Positions 26,866 through 37,530 of a stretch of 64,000 bases of DNA are shown here, in pieces. Below the pieces are notes generated by a model. The model did not search any database and had not been told where the DNA came from. It was given only the letters and a program-made list of their open reading frames with translations. How positions within the stretch are numbered: position 1 is the first letter of the stretch; each line of letters opens with the position of its first letter. The position numbers were made by a program, and so were the translations under genes. The DNA comes from an uncultured Actinomycetes bacterium (GTDB taxonomy: Bacteria; Actinomycetota; Actinomycetes; Nanopelagicales; Nanopelagicaceae): contig CAIMZW010000146.1 in the NCBI GenBank assembly GCA_903846075.1, positions 214 through 64,213 of the forward strand. The letters run 5' to 3'.

Positions 26866-27330
26866 CCACTCTTTCGTCTCTAGACCGTAACCATAATTTC
26901 CCAATGCGCCACCAGATTTAACAACTCTATGGCAGGGAACGATCGGCGCAATTAAATTTCTGGCACATGCACTACCAGCGGCACGAACGGCCTCTGGAGA
27001 ACCAGCACGCTTGGCCAGTTCGGCGTAAGACATAGTTTTACCAACAGGAATTTTGCGCATAACTTTCCAGACTGATTGTGAAAATTCAGCACCAGGTTGA
27101 CGAGTTTGAATACCACCAAGGGCTGATAAATCGCCTTCAAAATAATCGTTTATTAAGTCGCTAATGATGGGAATATTCTTGACTGGAGAAATCTTCCTCG
27201 ATGAATCTTCATCATCCATGCGCGAAAGTAAATCTTCAAAGTTACGAAACCCTGCCCCTAATAAAACATGCTCATCGCTAATGAGAAACAGAGTCCCTAC
27301 GGGAGTTTTGAGGGAAGTTCGCTGCAGCAC
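26836..27330 (-). CDS. ogt: Methylated-DNA--protein-cysteine methyltransferase
   Basis: Active-site PCHRVV. Ends ...YGLETKEWLLRFEG. Confidence 0.85.
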   Translation of the reverse strand: MLQRTSLKTPVGTLFLISDEHVLLGAGFRNFEDLLSRMDDEDSSRKISPVKNIPIISDLINDYFEGDLSALGGIQTRQPGAEFSQSVWKVMRKIPVGKTMSYAELAKRAGSPEAVRAAGSACARNLIAPIVPCHRVVKSGGALGNYGYGLETKEWLLRFEGALK

Positions 27331-27339
27331 CCGCCGATA

Positions 27340-27600
27340 CTATTCCTGATTTCGTAATACGGAAATACTCGAAGGATCGCAGTTTTCAACGTCAATCACT
27401 TTACGTTTGGAAGTTAATCCAGATTTAATCCGAATGTCACGTTTAGGAATATTAAGGGCTTTCGAGAGGGCAGAAATGACGGCGGTATTTGCGGCGCCAT
27501 CAACTGCTGCCGAGGTAACGCTAATTACTAACCGGTCATCGTGTGTGCCACCGACACTGGTTCGTGAAGAGCCTGGTTTTACATAAACCGATATAAACAT
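27340..27600 (-). CDS. DUF167 (YggU-like) protein
   Basis: 86 aa. VKPGSSRTSV...AAVDGAANTAVISALSKALNIPKRDIRIKSGLTSKRK matches the YggU family pattern. Confidence 0.7.
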   Translation of the reverse strand: MFISVYVKPGSSRTSVGGTHDDRLVISVTSAAVDGAANTAVISALSKALNIPKRDIRIKSGLTSKRKVIDVENCDPSSISVLRNQE

Positions 27601-27638
27601 TCTGTTTACCTTGTTTATGAAGTGTTGATTAGGTCTAG

Positions 27639-28997
27639 TTAGCGGTCGCGAAGCATCTCTGCAACAAGAAAGGCCAGTTCAAGGGATTGTGTGTGATTCA
27701 ATCGTGGGTCGCAGGCAGTTTCATAGCGCATAGCTAAATCCTCGTGGGAGATTTGCTCGCCACCACCAACGCATTCAGTGACATCATCACCGGTTAATTC
27801 GATATGAATCCCGCCCGGGTGGGTACCTAACTTCTTGTGAACCTCGAAGAAGCCTCTAACCTCTTCGGTAACATCTTCAAAACGCCTGGTTTTGTAGCCA
27901 CTTGGGGCTTCATAGGTATTTCCGTGCATCGGATCGCAGACCCAGAGGACATTGGCGCCACTATCAGTGACTGCCTGTACTAACGGTGGCAACTTCTCCC
28001 GAATCAGACCTGCGCCCATACGAGTAATAAAAGTAAGCCGACCAGGCTCGTTATTGGGGTTAAGTTTTGCAATCATCGCGAGCGCGTCTTCGATAGTGCT
28101 CTTTGGTCCTAATTTGATTCCAATGGGATTGTGAATCTTTGAGGCAAAATCCATATGTGCGCCATCTAGCTGGCGAGTTCGTTCGCCGATCCAGACGAAG
28201 TGAGCCGAAACGTCGTAAGGCAGGTCGGTCCGGGAATCGATTCTCGTCAACGCCTTTTCGTATTCCAGAATGAGCGCCTCGTGGCTGGAGTAGAAATCCA
28301 CAGTTTTAAACTCTTCGGGATCGACGCCTGCAGAGACCATGAATTCCAGTGCTCGGCCGATTTCATTTGCCATCTGCTCGTAGCGAGCGCCGAACCTGGA
28401 ATCACTTACGAAGCCTTTGTTCCATTCGTGGACCTGACGAAGATCGGCAAATCCACCTTGAGTGAAGGCTCGAACTAAATTGAGAGTGGCCGCAGAGGTG
28501 TTGTAGACCTGAACCAGGCGCTCTGGGTTTGGAGTGCGGGATTCAAGAGTAAATTCAAGGTCATTGACCGCATCACCACGGTAGGCGGGCAGAGTCACGC
28601 CATCTCGAGTCTCATTGTCATTGCTTCGAGGTTTGGCGAATTGGCCAGCCATACGTCCAACTTTGATGACCGGAAGACTAGAGAAATATTGGAGAACGGC
28701 TGCCATTTGCAAAATGGTCTTAATCCGGTTTCTGATGGAGTCAGCTGTAGCGGCTACAAATGTCTCTGCGCAGTCTCCGCCCTGTAGCCAGAACGCTCGA
28801 CCAGCGGCTGCCTCAGCGATACGCGCCTTGAGGTTGTCGCACTCGCCCGCAAAGACCAAAGGTGGCAATTTTTTGAGAGTAGAAACTGCCTTGGTAACAG
28901 GCTCGCCATCAACACCACCTGGCCATTGCGGCTGCTGAGCCGCAATGAGTCCAGGAGTGAATAGCGCATTGATATCTATAGCTGGCATGGCTGTCAT
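27639..28997 (-). CDS. aroG: Class II (plant/actinobacterial type) 3-deoxy-7-phosphoheptulonate synthase
   Basis: 452 aa. QPQWP N-terminal motif, GRMAGQFAKPRS, CDPMHGNT. Confidence 0.85.
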   Translation of the reverse strand: MTAMPAIDINALFTPGLIAAQQPQWPGGVDGEPVTKAVSTLKKLPPLVFAGECDNLKARIAEAAAGRAFWLQGGDCAETFVAATADSIRNRIKTILQMAAVLQYFSSLPVIKVGRMAGQFAKPRSNDNETRDGVTLPAYRGDAVNDLEFTLESRTPNPERLVQVYNTSAATLNLVRAFTQGGFADLRQVHEWNKGFVSDSRFGARYEQMANEIGRALEFMVSAGVDPEEFKTVDFYSSHEALILEYEKALTRIDSRTDLPYDVSAHFVWIGERTRQLDGAHMDFASKIHNPIGIKLGPKSTIEDALAMIAKLNPNNEPGRLTFITRMGAGLIREKLPPLVQAVTDSGANVLWVCDPMHGNTYEAPSGYKTRRFEDVTEEVRGFFEVHKKLGTHPGGIHIELTGDDVTECVGGGEQISHEDLAMRYETACDPRLNHTQSLELAFLVAEMLRDR

Positions 28998-29038
28998 AGT
29001 GGTTATCGTAGGGAAGTTGAACTCCAGCAGGAGCGCAA

Positions 29039-30064
29039 TTACCCGAAGAAAATCTCCGCTTCTGCATAGAGTGCTGGGTCTACAAGCTTCAACTTCTCGG
29101 TTGCCGAAGCCAAAGGAACGCGATCAATATTGGTTCCATGAAGGGCGACCATCTTTCCAAAGTCACCTTCATGAACGGCTGTGATTGCCGAGAGACCAAA
29201 TCGGGTAGCAAGGACTCGGTCAAAGGCGGTTGGTGAACCGCCACGTTGGATATGTCCGAGAACTGAGGTGCGAGCCTCTTTTCCAGTGCGCTCTTCGATT
29301 GCGCTAGCCAACCACTCACCAATACCTGACAACTTCACATGGCCAAAGGAATCAAGAGTCTGATCCTTGGTGATCATGTCACCATCTTGTGGGATGGCGC
29401 CTTCGGCAATAACGATGATCGGCGCATAAGAGGATTCAAATCGAGACTCAACCCACTTACAGACCTGGTCCAAAGAGAACTTGATCTCTGGAATCAGAAT
29501 GCAGGCGGCTCCGCCGGCGATACCAGCGTGAAGTGCAATCCAACCTGCATGGCGACCCATAACTTCGACGATGAGTGCTCGGTGATGGGACTCGGCAGTT
29601 GTGTGAAGGCGATCAATTGCCTCTACGGCGATATTCACTGAGGTATCGAACCCAAAGGTGTAATCAGTGTTATTTAAATCGTTGTCGATGGTCTTTGGTA
29701 CCCCAACAACCTTGACTCCAAGGGAGTCCAATTTTGTCGCTACGCCTAAAGTGTCCTCGCCGCCGATAGCGATCAAGGCATCGATGTTCATCTTGGCGAG
29801 GTTCTCTTTGATTCGCTCTACGCCATTTTCAATTTTAAAAGGATTGGTACGAGACGAGCCCAAAATGGTTCCGCCCTTAGGCAAGATTCCGCGGGTTGCA
29901 GCCAAATCCAAGGGCATTGTGAGACCCTCAAGTGGTCCTCGCCAACCATCCCGAAAGCCGACAAACTCGTAGCCATATTCTTTGACACCTTTGCGAACCA
30001 CGGCACGAATAACGGCATTTAAGCCCGGACAGTCGCCGCCACCAGTGAGAACACCAATACGCAT
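29039..30064 (-). CDS. pfk: 6-phosphofructokinase (motifs suggest the PPi-dependent type)
   Basis: Starts at MRIGVLTGGGDCPGLNAVIRA. IGGEDTLG and VPKTIDNDL (Asp and Lys at the positions that discriminate PPi from ATP enzymes, E. coli numbering 104/124). Confidence 0.85.
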   Translation of the reverse strand: MRIGVLTGGGDCPGLNAVIRAVVRKGVKEYGYEFVGFRDGWRGPLEGLTMPLDLAATRGILPKGGTILGSSRTNPFKIENGVERIKENLAKMNIDALIAIGGEDTLGVATKLDSLGVKVVGVPKTIDNDLNNTDYTFGFDTSVNIAVEAIDRLHTTAESHHRALIVEVMGRHAGWIALHAGIAGGAACILIPEIKFSLDQVCKWVESRFESSYAPIIVIAEGAIPQDGDMITKDQTLDSFGHVKLSGIGEWLASAIEERTGKEARTSVLGHIQRGGSPTAFDRVLATRFGLSAITAVHEGDFGKMVALHGTNIDRVPLASATEKLKLVDPALYAEAEIFFG

Positions 30065-30141
30065 AATTAACTCCAGTTGAGAACTAAAAAATTTTGGTTT
30101 TTGAATGGTCAACGATGACGGCCAGAGTCTACCCTCACCTA

Positions 30142-31542
30142 ATGCCTTACATTGCAGGAGTCGATTCCTCCACTCAGTCCGTCAAAGTGGTCATTAGAGA
30201 TGCTCAAACTGGAGTTCTCGTTCGGGAAGGTCGCGCGCGCCACCCCGCCGGAACTGAAGTGGACCCCCAGCATTGGTGGGTAGCCCTTCAGGAAGCAATC
30301 GCCCAAGCAGGTGGGATGGATGATGTTTCAGCGATTTCCATCGGTGGTCAACAACACGGAATGGTCGTTCTGGATTCGCAAGGTGAGGTCATTCGACCTG
30401 CTCTGCTGTGGAATGACACCCGTTCAGCACAGCAAGCAAGTGATCTCAACTCCGAGTTCGGTGGCGATGAGGCGATGGCTAACGCGGTTGGATCCGTTCT
30501 TGTAGCGTCATTTACCGCGAGCAAAGTCCGGTGGCTGGCTGATAACGAACCAGAAAACGCTGACCGAGTAGCCGCGATCGCCCTGCCCCATGATTGGCTC
30601 TCGTGGAAATTAACGGGAAGTACTGATATCAAGGATCTTTTCACCGATCGAGGCGACGCCTCAGGTACTGGTTATTTCGACCCCGTTACCAGTACATACC
30701 GACGTGACATTCTCGCCCTTGCCCTTCGAAGCGAGCGCGAAATTATCTTGCCCAGAATTTTAGAGCCCCATCAATTCGGTGGGAAAACGGTTTCTGGCAT
30801 TCCGATCGCAGCCGGAAGTGGCGACAATGCCGCAGCTGCCTTGGGGGTGGGAGCCAGGCCGGGAGATGTAGTTATTTCACTCGGAACGAGTGGCACTGCC
30901 TTCGCAGTTTCCCAGTCACCGACCAATGATCCCAAAGGTGAGGTGGCTGGCTTTGCCGATGCCACGGGGCGCTTTCTTCCCCTCGTTTGCACTCTCAACG
31001 CGGCGCGCATTCTCGATGCGGCTGAACGGATATTAGGCGTGGATCATGATCGATTGGGCGAACTTGCTCTTGCCTGCGAACCTGGCGCTGGGGGGTTAAC
31101 TCTCCTGCCTTATTTCGAAGGCGAACGCACGCCCAACCGTCCCGATGCAACTGGAGTGTTCGCTGGGATGAACTTATCTAACTCGCACCGCGAGAACTTC
31201 GCGAGGGGCATGATTGAAGGAATGCTATGCGGACTAGTGGATGCCGTCGAATCCTTGATTAATTTAGGCGTTCAGGTGGATCGAATACTTCTTATTGGTG
31301 GAGCTGCAAAAAATCCCGCCGTCGGAGAGATCGCATCCGCACTATTTGGGCGGACAGTAGTTCTGCCACCCCCCGGTGAATATGTGGCAGATGGGGCAGC
31401 GCGCCAAGCTGCGTGGGCGCTGCTTGGAACGGAAAAAGCACCAGAATGGCCAAGTGGCGAAACTGTAGCTTTCACCAGTTCGCCGACACCTCAAGTAATA
31501 ATCAATTATCGGCAGCTTCGCGATCGAACTGTTGGTTGGTAA
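30142..31542 (+). CDS. xylB: FGGY-family carbohydrate kinase (xylulokinase-like)
   Basis: MPYIAGVDSSTQSVK N-terminus and GGAAKN near the C-terminus. Alternative starts at 30115 and 30094. Confidence 0.7.
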   Translation: MPYIAGVDSSTQSVKVVIRDAQTGVLVREGRARHPAGTEVDPQHWWVALQEAIAQAGGMDDVSAISIGGQQHGMVVLDSQGEVIRPALLWNDTRSAQQASDLNSEFGGDEAMANAVGSVLVASFTASKVRWLADNEPENADRVAAIALPHDWLSWKLTGSTDIKDLFTDRGDASGTGYFDPVTSTYRRDILALALRSEREIILPRILEPHQFGGKTVSGIPIAAGSGDNAAAALGVGARPGDVVISLGTSGTAFAVSQSPTNDPKGEVAGFADATGRFLPLVCTLNAARILDAAERILGVDHDRLGELALACEPGAGGLTLLPYFEGERTPNRPDATGVFAGMNLSNSHRENFARGMIEGMLCGLVDAVESLINLGVQVDRILLIGGAAKNPAVGEIASALFGRTVVLPPPGEYVADGAARQAAWALLGTEKAPEWPSGETVAFTSSPTPQVIINYRQLRDRTVGW

Positions 31543-31555
31543 GGAGTAGGTAGAG

Positions 31556-32494
31556 ATGGCCCTGGCACCAGAAATTTTCCATTATCTCGAATCACTGAAA
31601 ACGGTCACGGCGCCAGAACTTTGGCAGGCCCCTGCTTCAGTACATCGAAAGAACCGAATGGGTCGAGTAGCTTTATCTGGAACTCCTGAAGATATCTATG
31701 AAGTGGAACATCGTTATATCGCAGGACCCACCTCCGACCTACCGATTCGAATCTATCGACCAGAATGGCATGGGCCAATGCCCGCCTTAGTTTTCTTTCA
31801 TGGTGGCGGTTGGGTGCTCAACACCTTAGATATTTACGAACAAGAATTGCGTTCTCTCGCCAATAAAGGTCAATTTATTGTTGTAGCGGTTGGCTATCAA
31901 AAATCTCCTGAACATGCCTTTCCCATTCCATTCGATGATTGTTATGCCACTTTGGAATGGGTCGTGGCTAACGCTGAAAATCTTGGGATAAATCCCGATC
32001 AAATTGGAGTTGGTGGTGATAGTGCTGGTGGGAATTTAGCGGCCGCGGTGGCTCTCAAAGCAAGAGATTTAGCGGAGATCGATCTTGCCTTCCAATTGCT
32101 CATGTATCCATGCAATGACTCCGATATGGATTATCCATCTGCAACTGAAAATGGAGTCGGATATGGCTTGACGACTGAATCGATGAAATGGTTTTGGCAG
32201 GCATATCTTCAAAACCCATCAGATTTTGAAAATCCTTATGCGGTTCCCGTCAAAGCGGCAAACTTCATGGGCTTACCACCAACAATTGTTGTGACCGCCG
32301 AATTCGATTGCCTACTCGATGATGGATACAACTACGCTCAATTACTCAAGCAAGATGGCGTTCAGATTATCTATCGCGAATACTCCGGAATGATTCACGG
32401 CTTCATGACCATGGCAAAAGTCACAGATGAGGCAGTTCGTGCCCAACAAAATGTGGCCAACGAAATTAACGCCCTTTTGGAGCGTCAGGTCTAG
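31556..32494 (+). CDS. Alpha/beta hydrolase, hormone-sensitive-lipase-type esterase
   Basis: HGGGW oxyanion motif, GDSAGG nucleophile elbow, C-terminal HGF. Confidence 0.8.
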   Translation: MALAPEIFHYLESLKTVTAPELWQAPASVHRKNRMGRVALSGTPEDIYEVEHRYIAGPTSDLPIRIYRPEWHGPMPALVFFHGGGWVLNTLDIYEQELRSLANKGQFIVVAVGYQKSPEHAFPIPFDDCYATLEWVVANAENLGINPDQIGVGGDSAGGNLAAAVALKARDLAEIDLAFQLLMYPCNDSDMDYPSATENGVGYGLTTESMKWFWQAYLQNPSDFENPYAVPVKAANFMGLPPTIVVTAEFDCLLDDGYNYAQLLKQDGVQIIYREYSGMIHGFMTMAKVTDEAVRAQQNVANEINALLERQV

Positions 32495-32514
32495 TCATAT
32501 CCAGGAGTACTTAA

Positions 32515-32528
32515 AATCGTATATGATT
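32515..32528. promoter_or_regulatory. 14-bp palindromic operator candidate AATCGTATATGATT
   Basis: Lies 32 nt upstream of the lldD-like GTG start. Member of the repeated AATC(C/G)TATA(G/T)GATT family; see 53205 and 57454. Confidence 0.5.
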
Positions 32529-32559
32529 TTGGGGTACCTTCGAGAGGAGCATTTTTCGC

Positions 32560-33816
32560 GTGAGTAACCCCAACGTTAAACGCCAATTTCCCAAATGGTC
32601 TGAACTCGCGCCACTACTTAAGTTTGGCACTCCCTCTTTTGGATCCCGACAAGGTCGCCTCGAGAAGGCCCTAACAATCTGGGATTTGCGGGCAATTGCC
32701 AAACGTCGAACCCCCACGGGACCATTTGATTACACCGACGGTGCCGCGGAATCTGAGGTAACTCTCGAACGAGCACGGCAAGCTTTTCTCGATCTGGAGT
32801 TTCGTCCCAACATTCTCCACGACGTCTCTCTAGCGTCGACAAAACGAAGCACTTTAGGTGAAGAATTTTCACTTCCGGTCGGTATCGCTCCCACAGGTTT
32901 CACCCGAATGATGCACTCAGAAGGTGAAATCGCAGGTTCCAAAGCTGCGGAGAAATTTGGGATTCCCTTCACCCTCTCTACTTTGGGAACTACAACAATC
33001 GAAGATGTTGTTGCGGCCAGTCCTCAAGGTCGAAATTGGTTTCAACTCTATATGTGGAAAGACCGCGAAGGCAGTATGGCTCTGGTTGAACGAGCTCAGA
33101 ACGCGGGAGTCAAAAATTTAATGCTTACCGTCGACGTTCCTGCCTCCGGCTATCGAATGCGCGACTACCGAAATGGATTAACGGTTCCGCCAAAACTTTC
33201 AGCTAAGACGATTCTTGATGCGGCACCAAGGCCTGAATGGTGGTGGAATTTTCTCACCACTCCTGCAATCACTTTTGCTTCTATGAAAAGTTGGAATGGC
33301 ACTGTCGGAGAACTTCTCGATTATATGTTCGATCCGACGATGACTTTCGAGGACTTGAAATGGATACGCCAACAGTGGAAAGGCACGTTAACAATCAAGG
33401 GAATCCAAACTCTTGAGGATGCGAAAAAGTGCGCCGACTATGGAGTCGATGCAGTTTTAATCTCCAACCATGGTGGCCGCCAACTAGATCGGGCACCTGT
33501 ACCACTTCACTTACTTAGTGACGTTCGCAGAGAACTTCCTTCGGATCTAGAGGTTCACCTAGATACTGGAATCATGCATGGCGGTGACATTCTTGCGGCT
33601 ATTGCCTTGGGCGCCCAATTCACCTATATCGGACGCGCCTATCTATACGGACTCATGGCTGGCGGACAAGAAGGCGTTGAACGAGCCTTAACCATCTTAC
33701 AAACTCAAATGGTTCGAACCATGAAATTACTCGGTGTGGAAACTCTTGATGAACTTGAACCTAAACATGTGCGAATTCTCGCTACCCATCAAGGTCTTGG
33801 ACATCTACCGCACTAA
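32560..33816 (+). CDS. FMN-dependent alpha-hydroxy-acid (L-lactate) dehydrogenase/oxidase
   Basis: SNHGGRQLD active-site motif. TIM-barrel FMN family length (418 aa). GTG start. Confidence 0.8.
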   Translation: MSNPNVKRQFPKWSELAPLLKFGTPSFGSRQGRLEKALTIWDLRAIAKRRTPTGPFDYTDGAAESEVTLERARQAFLDLEFRPNILHDVSLASTKRSTLGEEFSLPVGIAPTGFTRMMHSEGEIAGSKAAEKFGIPFTLSTLGTTTIEDVVAASPQGRNWFQLYMWKDREGSMALVERAQNAGVKNLMLTVDVPASGYRMRDYRNGLTVPPKLSAKTILDAAPRPEWWWNFLTTPAITFASMKSWNGTVGELLDYMFDPTMTFEDLKWIRQQWKGTLTIKGIQTLEDAKKCADYGVDAVLISNHGGRQLDRAPVPLHLLSDVRRELPSDLEVHLDTGIMHGGDILAAIALGAQFTYIGRAYLYGLMAGGQEGVERALTILQTQMVRTMKLLGVETLDELEPKHVRILATHQGLGHLPH

Positions 33817-33862
33817 TTTTTTCACTGAACTGACTAGTTAAACCACAAGCAAAGGAACGAAA

Positions 33863-34711
33863 ATGAAAATCGCACGAGTTGGAGCAGTCGGTCAGGAACG
33901 TCCAGTCGTAGTTGTGGGCGAGGATGCGTTTTTCGTCGATTCCATCATCCCTGATTGGAGTCGAGAGAGTTTAGAAGCCGGTGCCCTCGATCGCGTTACT
34001 GCTCACGGCTTGGCCGGACTTCCTAGCACTCCACTCTCGGCACAGCGCATCGGCGCTCCGCTTACCCGCCCGACGAAGTTGATCTGCGTTGGCCTTAACT
34101 ACCTCAAGCACATTGCCGAATCGAACGCCACCCCTTCCGCTGAACCAGTTGTCTTTATGAAAGCACCAGATTCTTTTATTGGACCTAACGATGACGTTGT
34201 CATTCCACCAGGCAGCACTGCTACAGATTATGAAGTTGAGTTGGCGATCGTCATTGGTCGCAAAGCTTTATATCTTAAAGATCCCAGCGAGTCAGCAAAT
34301 TACATTCTGGGCTATTCCATCTCGCAAGACATCAGCGAGCGCCATTGGCAATTGGAACGGTCTGGCCAATGGATGAAAGGGAAATCTTTCCCTAACTACA
34401 ACCCTATGGGTCCTGTGATTGTCACTGCTGATGAAATTAATCCACACGACCTTCGTTTGTGGTGCAGTGTCGATGGTGAGATGCGCCAAGATTCACGCAC
34501 CAGCGATCTGCTCTTTGGAATTCATCACATCGTTTGGTACATCAGCCAATTCATGGAACTCTTCCCAGGCGATGTCATCAATACCGGAACGCCAAGTGGT
34601 GTTGGCATGGGCTTTAAACCAACGCGCTATCTTGCTGCGGGGCAAGTGATCCGTTCAGGTATCGAAGGAATCGGCGAAATCACAAACATGGTGATTGACT
34701 ACCAAGGTTAA
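33863..34711 (+). CDS. Fumarylacetoacetate hydrolase family protein (2,4-diketo-3-deoxy-L-fuconate/rhamnonate hydrolase role inferred)
   Basis: KLICVGLNYLKH, DYEVELAIVIG and GDVINTGTPSGVG motifs of the FAH family. Confidence 0.75.
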   Translation: MKIARVGAVGQERPVVVVGEDAFFVDSIIPDWSRESLEAGALDRVTAHGLAGLPSTPLSAQRIGAPLTRPTKLICVGLNYLKHIAESNATPSAEPVVFMKAPDSFIGPNDDVVIPPGSTATDYEVELAIVIGRKALYLKDPSESANYILGYSISQDISERHWQLERSGQWMKGKSFPNYNPMGPVIVTADEINPHDLRLWCSVDGEMRQDSRTSDLLFGIHHIVWYISQFMELFPGDVINTGTPSGVGMGFKPTRYLAAGQVIRSGIEGIGEITNMVIDYQG

Positions 34712-35784
34712 AGTTTTACCGCTGAGCCCGAATCCATAGATTCGTATAAGGCGGCAACTAACTTCAACGTTCCTACAGTTTCTACTACCGAGGATCTGAC
34801 GGGCGAACCCGTAGCAATGGCGGCCATAACCGAACCCATAGTTCCGATGAAGGCATCGGGAAACCATCGAGTAGTAACGGGATAAGGTGTCCAACCATCG
34901 GTAGGTACGACGGAAGAATTTACTTCTAAAGTATCGACTCGTCCGACGGGATAGTCATAGAGCAACCCCATTGTGCCGCGAATGGAACCCTTATCGCCAT
35001 CAATTCGATATTCGGCGTAATTATCTCCGCCTCGATTAATGTGGTTGGCGTGGACTAATCCAGTGACGCCATTTTCGTAGACATATGTGGAGATTGTTCG
35101 AGTCTCTCCATTAGGGAACTGATCTTTGGTTCGTCCTGCGGCGCAGAAAACAGTTTTTGGATCACCTAAGAACCACCTCATCACATCGTGATAGTGAATG
35201 GAGTGGAGCATGATTTCTAATCGCTCAAGATCTTTAGCCCACGGCCACATTTCCCATGGCGTTATGAGGTTGACATGAAAAGTCATATTGGTGACGGTGC
35301 CAATCCAGCCCAGATCTACCATTTTGTGGGCTGCGGCCATACCCTCTTCAAAGCGAAGTTGGTGATTCACGCCCGCAACAATTCCATTGTGAGCAACCGC
35401 TTCGGCCATGCGAAGCCCATCTTCGACTGTGGTTGCCATTGGTTTCTGCGCCAAAATATTTCGCCCAGCATTTGCTACTTTGAGAAATATTTCGGGTTGT
35501 GCTGCAGCTGGAACGGCAATATCAACGACAACGGGGACCGGGTCTGCTAGCAATTCATCTATCGATTGATAAACCTTGCGAATTCCGTGCCTGTCTGCGA
35601 CGTCAGCCGCCTTGGCCAGGTCTACATCGGTAATTCCGACAACTTCTAATCCCGCTTTCTCATAGGCGGGAAGCTGCGCGCCATCGACGATGCCACCAGC
35701 ACCGATGATGGCGATCGGAACTTTGTGGGCGCTAGGAATCGTTAGATCGCAGAATGCCGATACTTCCGAAAAGATATCGATCAT
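34708..35784 (-). CDS. Gfo/Idh/MocA-family oxidoreductase
   Basis: N-terminal Rossmann IAIIGAGGIVDGAQLPAY. 358 aa. Confidence 0.75.
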   Translation of the reverse strand: MIDIFSEVSAFCDLTIPSAHKVPIAIIGAGGIVDGAQLPAYEKAGLEVVGITDVDLAKAADVADRHGIRKVYQSIDELLADPVPVVVDIAVPAAAQPEIFLKVANAGRNILAQKPMATTVEDGLRMAEAVAHNGIVAGVNHQLRFEEGMAAAHKMVDLGWIGTVTNMTFHVNLITPWEMWPWAKDLERLEIMLHSIHYHDVMRWFLGDPKTVFCAAGRTKDQFPNGETRTISTYVYENGVTGLVHANHINRGGDNYAEYRIDGDKGSIRGTMGLLYDYPVGRVDTLEVNSSVVPTDGWTPYPVTTRWFPDAFIGTMGSVMAAIATGSPVRSSVVETVGTLKLVAALYESMDSGSAVKL

Positions 35785-35795
35785 TGTCTAACCTC

Positions 35796-36305
35796 CTATT
35801 GGTTCTCTGCTTGAGAAGTGCGATAGAGGACGGTCTGCAAATGTTCGGTATAGAGAACTAACTCTTCATCGTCGGCACGAAAGACCTCGTAACTGACTTT
35901 GAATAGCCCCATATTTTCATATTTGGGAGTCTTCTCGATCAAAGTTCGCATCGCGTAAATGGTGTCACCGATGAAAACCGGCTTGATAAAACGGAGTCGG
36001 TCATAGCCGTAACTAAATGTATTGACATTGTTGTGAGCGAAAAGACCCATGCCATAACTGAAGACAAGAGCACCAGGAACAATTCGCTTCTTAAAGAGTC
36101 CCTCCTCTCGCGCCCATTTGTCGTCGGCAACGTAGGGATGGAGGTCGAGTAGAAGAGAGCTAAAGAGCATTACCTCGCCTTCGGAAATGGTTCGGCGAAT
36201 AGATCGATCTGTCTCGCCAACTTCGTAATCCTCATACAACTTCACATCCTGATTCCACACCGGAATCTGATAACGCGCTGCAGGATCTGGATTTGGGTTT
36301 CTCAT
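35796..36305 (-). CDS. MaoC-like (hot-dog fold) dehydratase/hydratase
   Basis: 169 aa. YEDYEVGE...RTISEGEV...DLHPYV...VPGALVFS pattern. Paralog of 39387-39830. Confidence 0.75.
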   Translation of the reverse strand: MRNPNPDPAARYQIPVWNQDVKLYEDYEVGETDRSIRRTISEGEVMLFSSLLLDLHPYVADDKWAREEGLFKKRIVPGALVFSYGMGLFAHNNVNTFSYGYDRLRFIKPVFIGDTIYAMRTLIEKTPKYENMGLFKVSYEVFRADDEELVLYTEHLQTVLYRTSQAENQ

Positions 36306-37489
36306 TACTTTCCTCCAAAGAATTCGCTTCTAATTTCTTCTGTGTTTTCTCCAACATGCGGTGCGCCTTTTGAATGTGTAAGCGGATCTCCATCAATTCG
36401 CAACGGTGATCTCGTTGTCGTAACCGAGATGGTCTCCTTGCCATCGAAGGAGGGGCGCTGCGTTTCCTGAGTCATATGTAGTTCGGCGAAACCTTCGTGG
36501 GCGACTAATTCCGGAAGAGTCAGAACCGGAGCGCACCAGATATCAGCAGCATCCAGAATTGAAAGCCAATGTTGCGTATCTGCAGCTTTAAGTTGGTCTG
36601 CCAATTTCTTCATAATCTCTTCCTGATGGCTCCACCACGTCGCTGGATCCTCATACTGCGCAAAATCCAAGCCTAAGAGCGATCCCAATTGCGGTATCGG
36701 AGTCATAGCAATGGCCAGATAACCGTTTGCGGTTTCGTAGAGACCGTATGGCGCTGGGAGAAAAGCGTGGGCAGAATTCTTTGCGCCTCGTTTTACTACT
36801 ACTTCCGGATCAAACATATGGGCGCTAATGAGTTCGAATTGAAGATCTAGCATCGATTCGATAAGGCTGGATTCCACCAATCCCCCGACGCCAGTTCGTT
36901 CTCGACGCAGAAGGAGCGCAGTGATTCCGTGAGCTAAATGCGTCGAGGTAAATATGTCCGCAACTGCAATGCCAACCGGAATTGGTGGACTGTCATGAGA
37001 ACCGTTCAGCCATGGGAACCCTGAGATAGATTGAGCGAGCAAATCTTGACCAGGTCGATCTTTCCATGGTCCGGTCGCGCCATATCCAGAGGCACTTCCA
37101 TAGACGATTCGTGGATTAACTGCCTTGACGGCTTCGTACCCAAGACCTAAACGTTCGATAACTCCCGGCCGAAAATTTTGAACAATGACGTCCGCTTTTT
37201 CCACGAGCTTCCATACTTCGGCTAACCCAGCAGAGGATTTTAGATCGGCGGCAAAACTCTCTTTATTTCGATTCATAATATGAAAGGAGAGGGTGTCCCC
37301 ATCGGTTTCCAGTCCTGCAAATGCCAGCGTTCGACCAATGTCTCCGGTTCCTGGTCGCTCAATCTTGATGACTCTCGCGCCAAGATCGGCCAGCCGCATG
37401 GCAGCTACAGGACCTGCCAAGAATTGGCTGAAGTCCAGAACTAAAATTCCGTCCAAAGGTAGATCTGGTCGTGCTGCTCGCGAACTCAC
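36305..37489 (-). CDS. Family III CoA-transferase (CaiB/BaiF)
   Basis: [39 protein letters not shown] is the family's N-terminal signature. Confidence 0.85.
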   Translation of the reverse strand: MSSRAARPDLPLDGILVLDFSQFLAGPVAAMRLADLGARVIKIERPGTGDIGRTLAFAGLETDGDTLSFHIMNRNKESFAADLKSSAGLAEVWKLVEKADVIVQNFRPGVIERLGLGYEAVKAVNPRIVYGSASGYGATGPWKDRPGQDLLAQSISGFPWLNGSHDSPPIPVGIAVADIFTSTHLAHGITALLLRRERTGVGGLVESSLIESMLDLQFELISAHMFDPEVVVKRGAKNSAHAFLPAPYGLYETANGYLAIAMTPIPQLGSLLGLDFAQYEDPATWWSHQEEIMKKLADQLKAADTQHWLSILDAADIWCAPVLTLPELVAHEGFAELHMTQETQRPSFDGKETISVTTTRSPLRIDGDPLTHSKGAPHVGENTEEIRSEFFGGK

Positions 37490-37530
37490 TTAAGGTTTTC
37501 CTTTCGATTTTTTATTGGCAAATATTTTTC

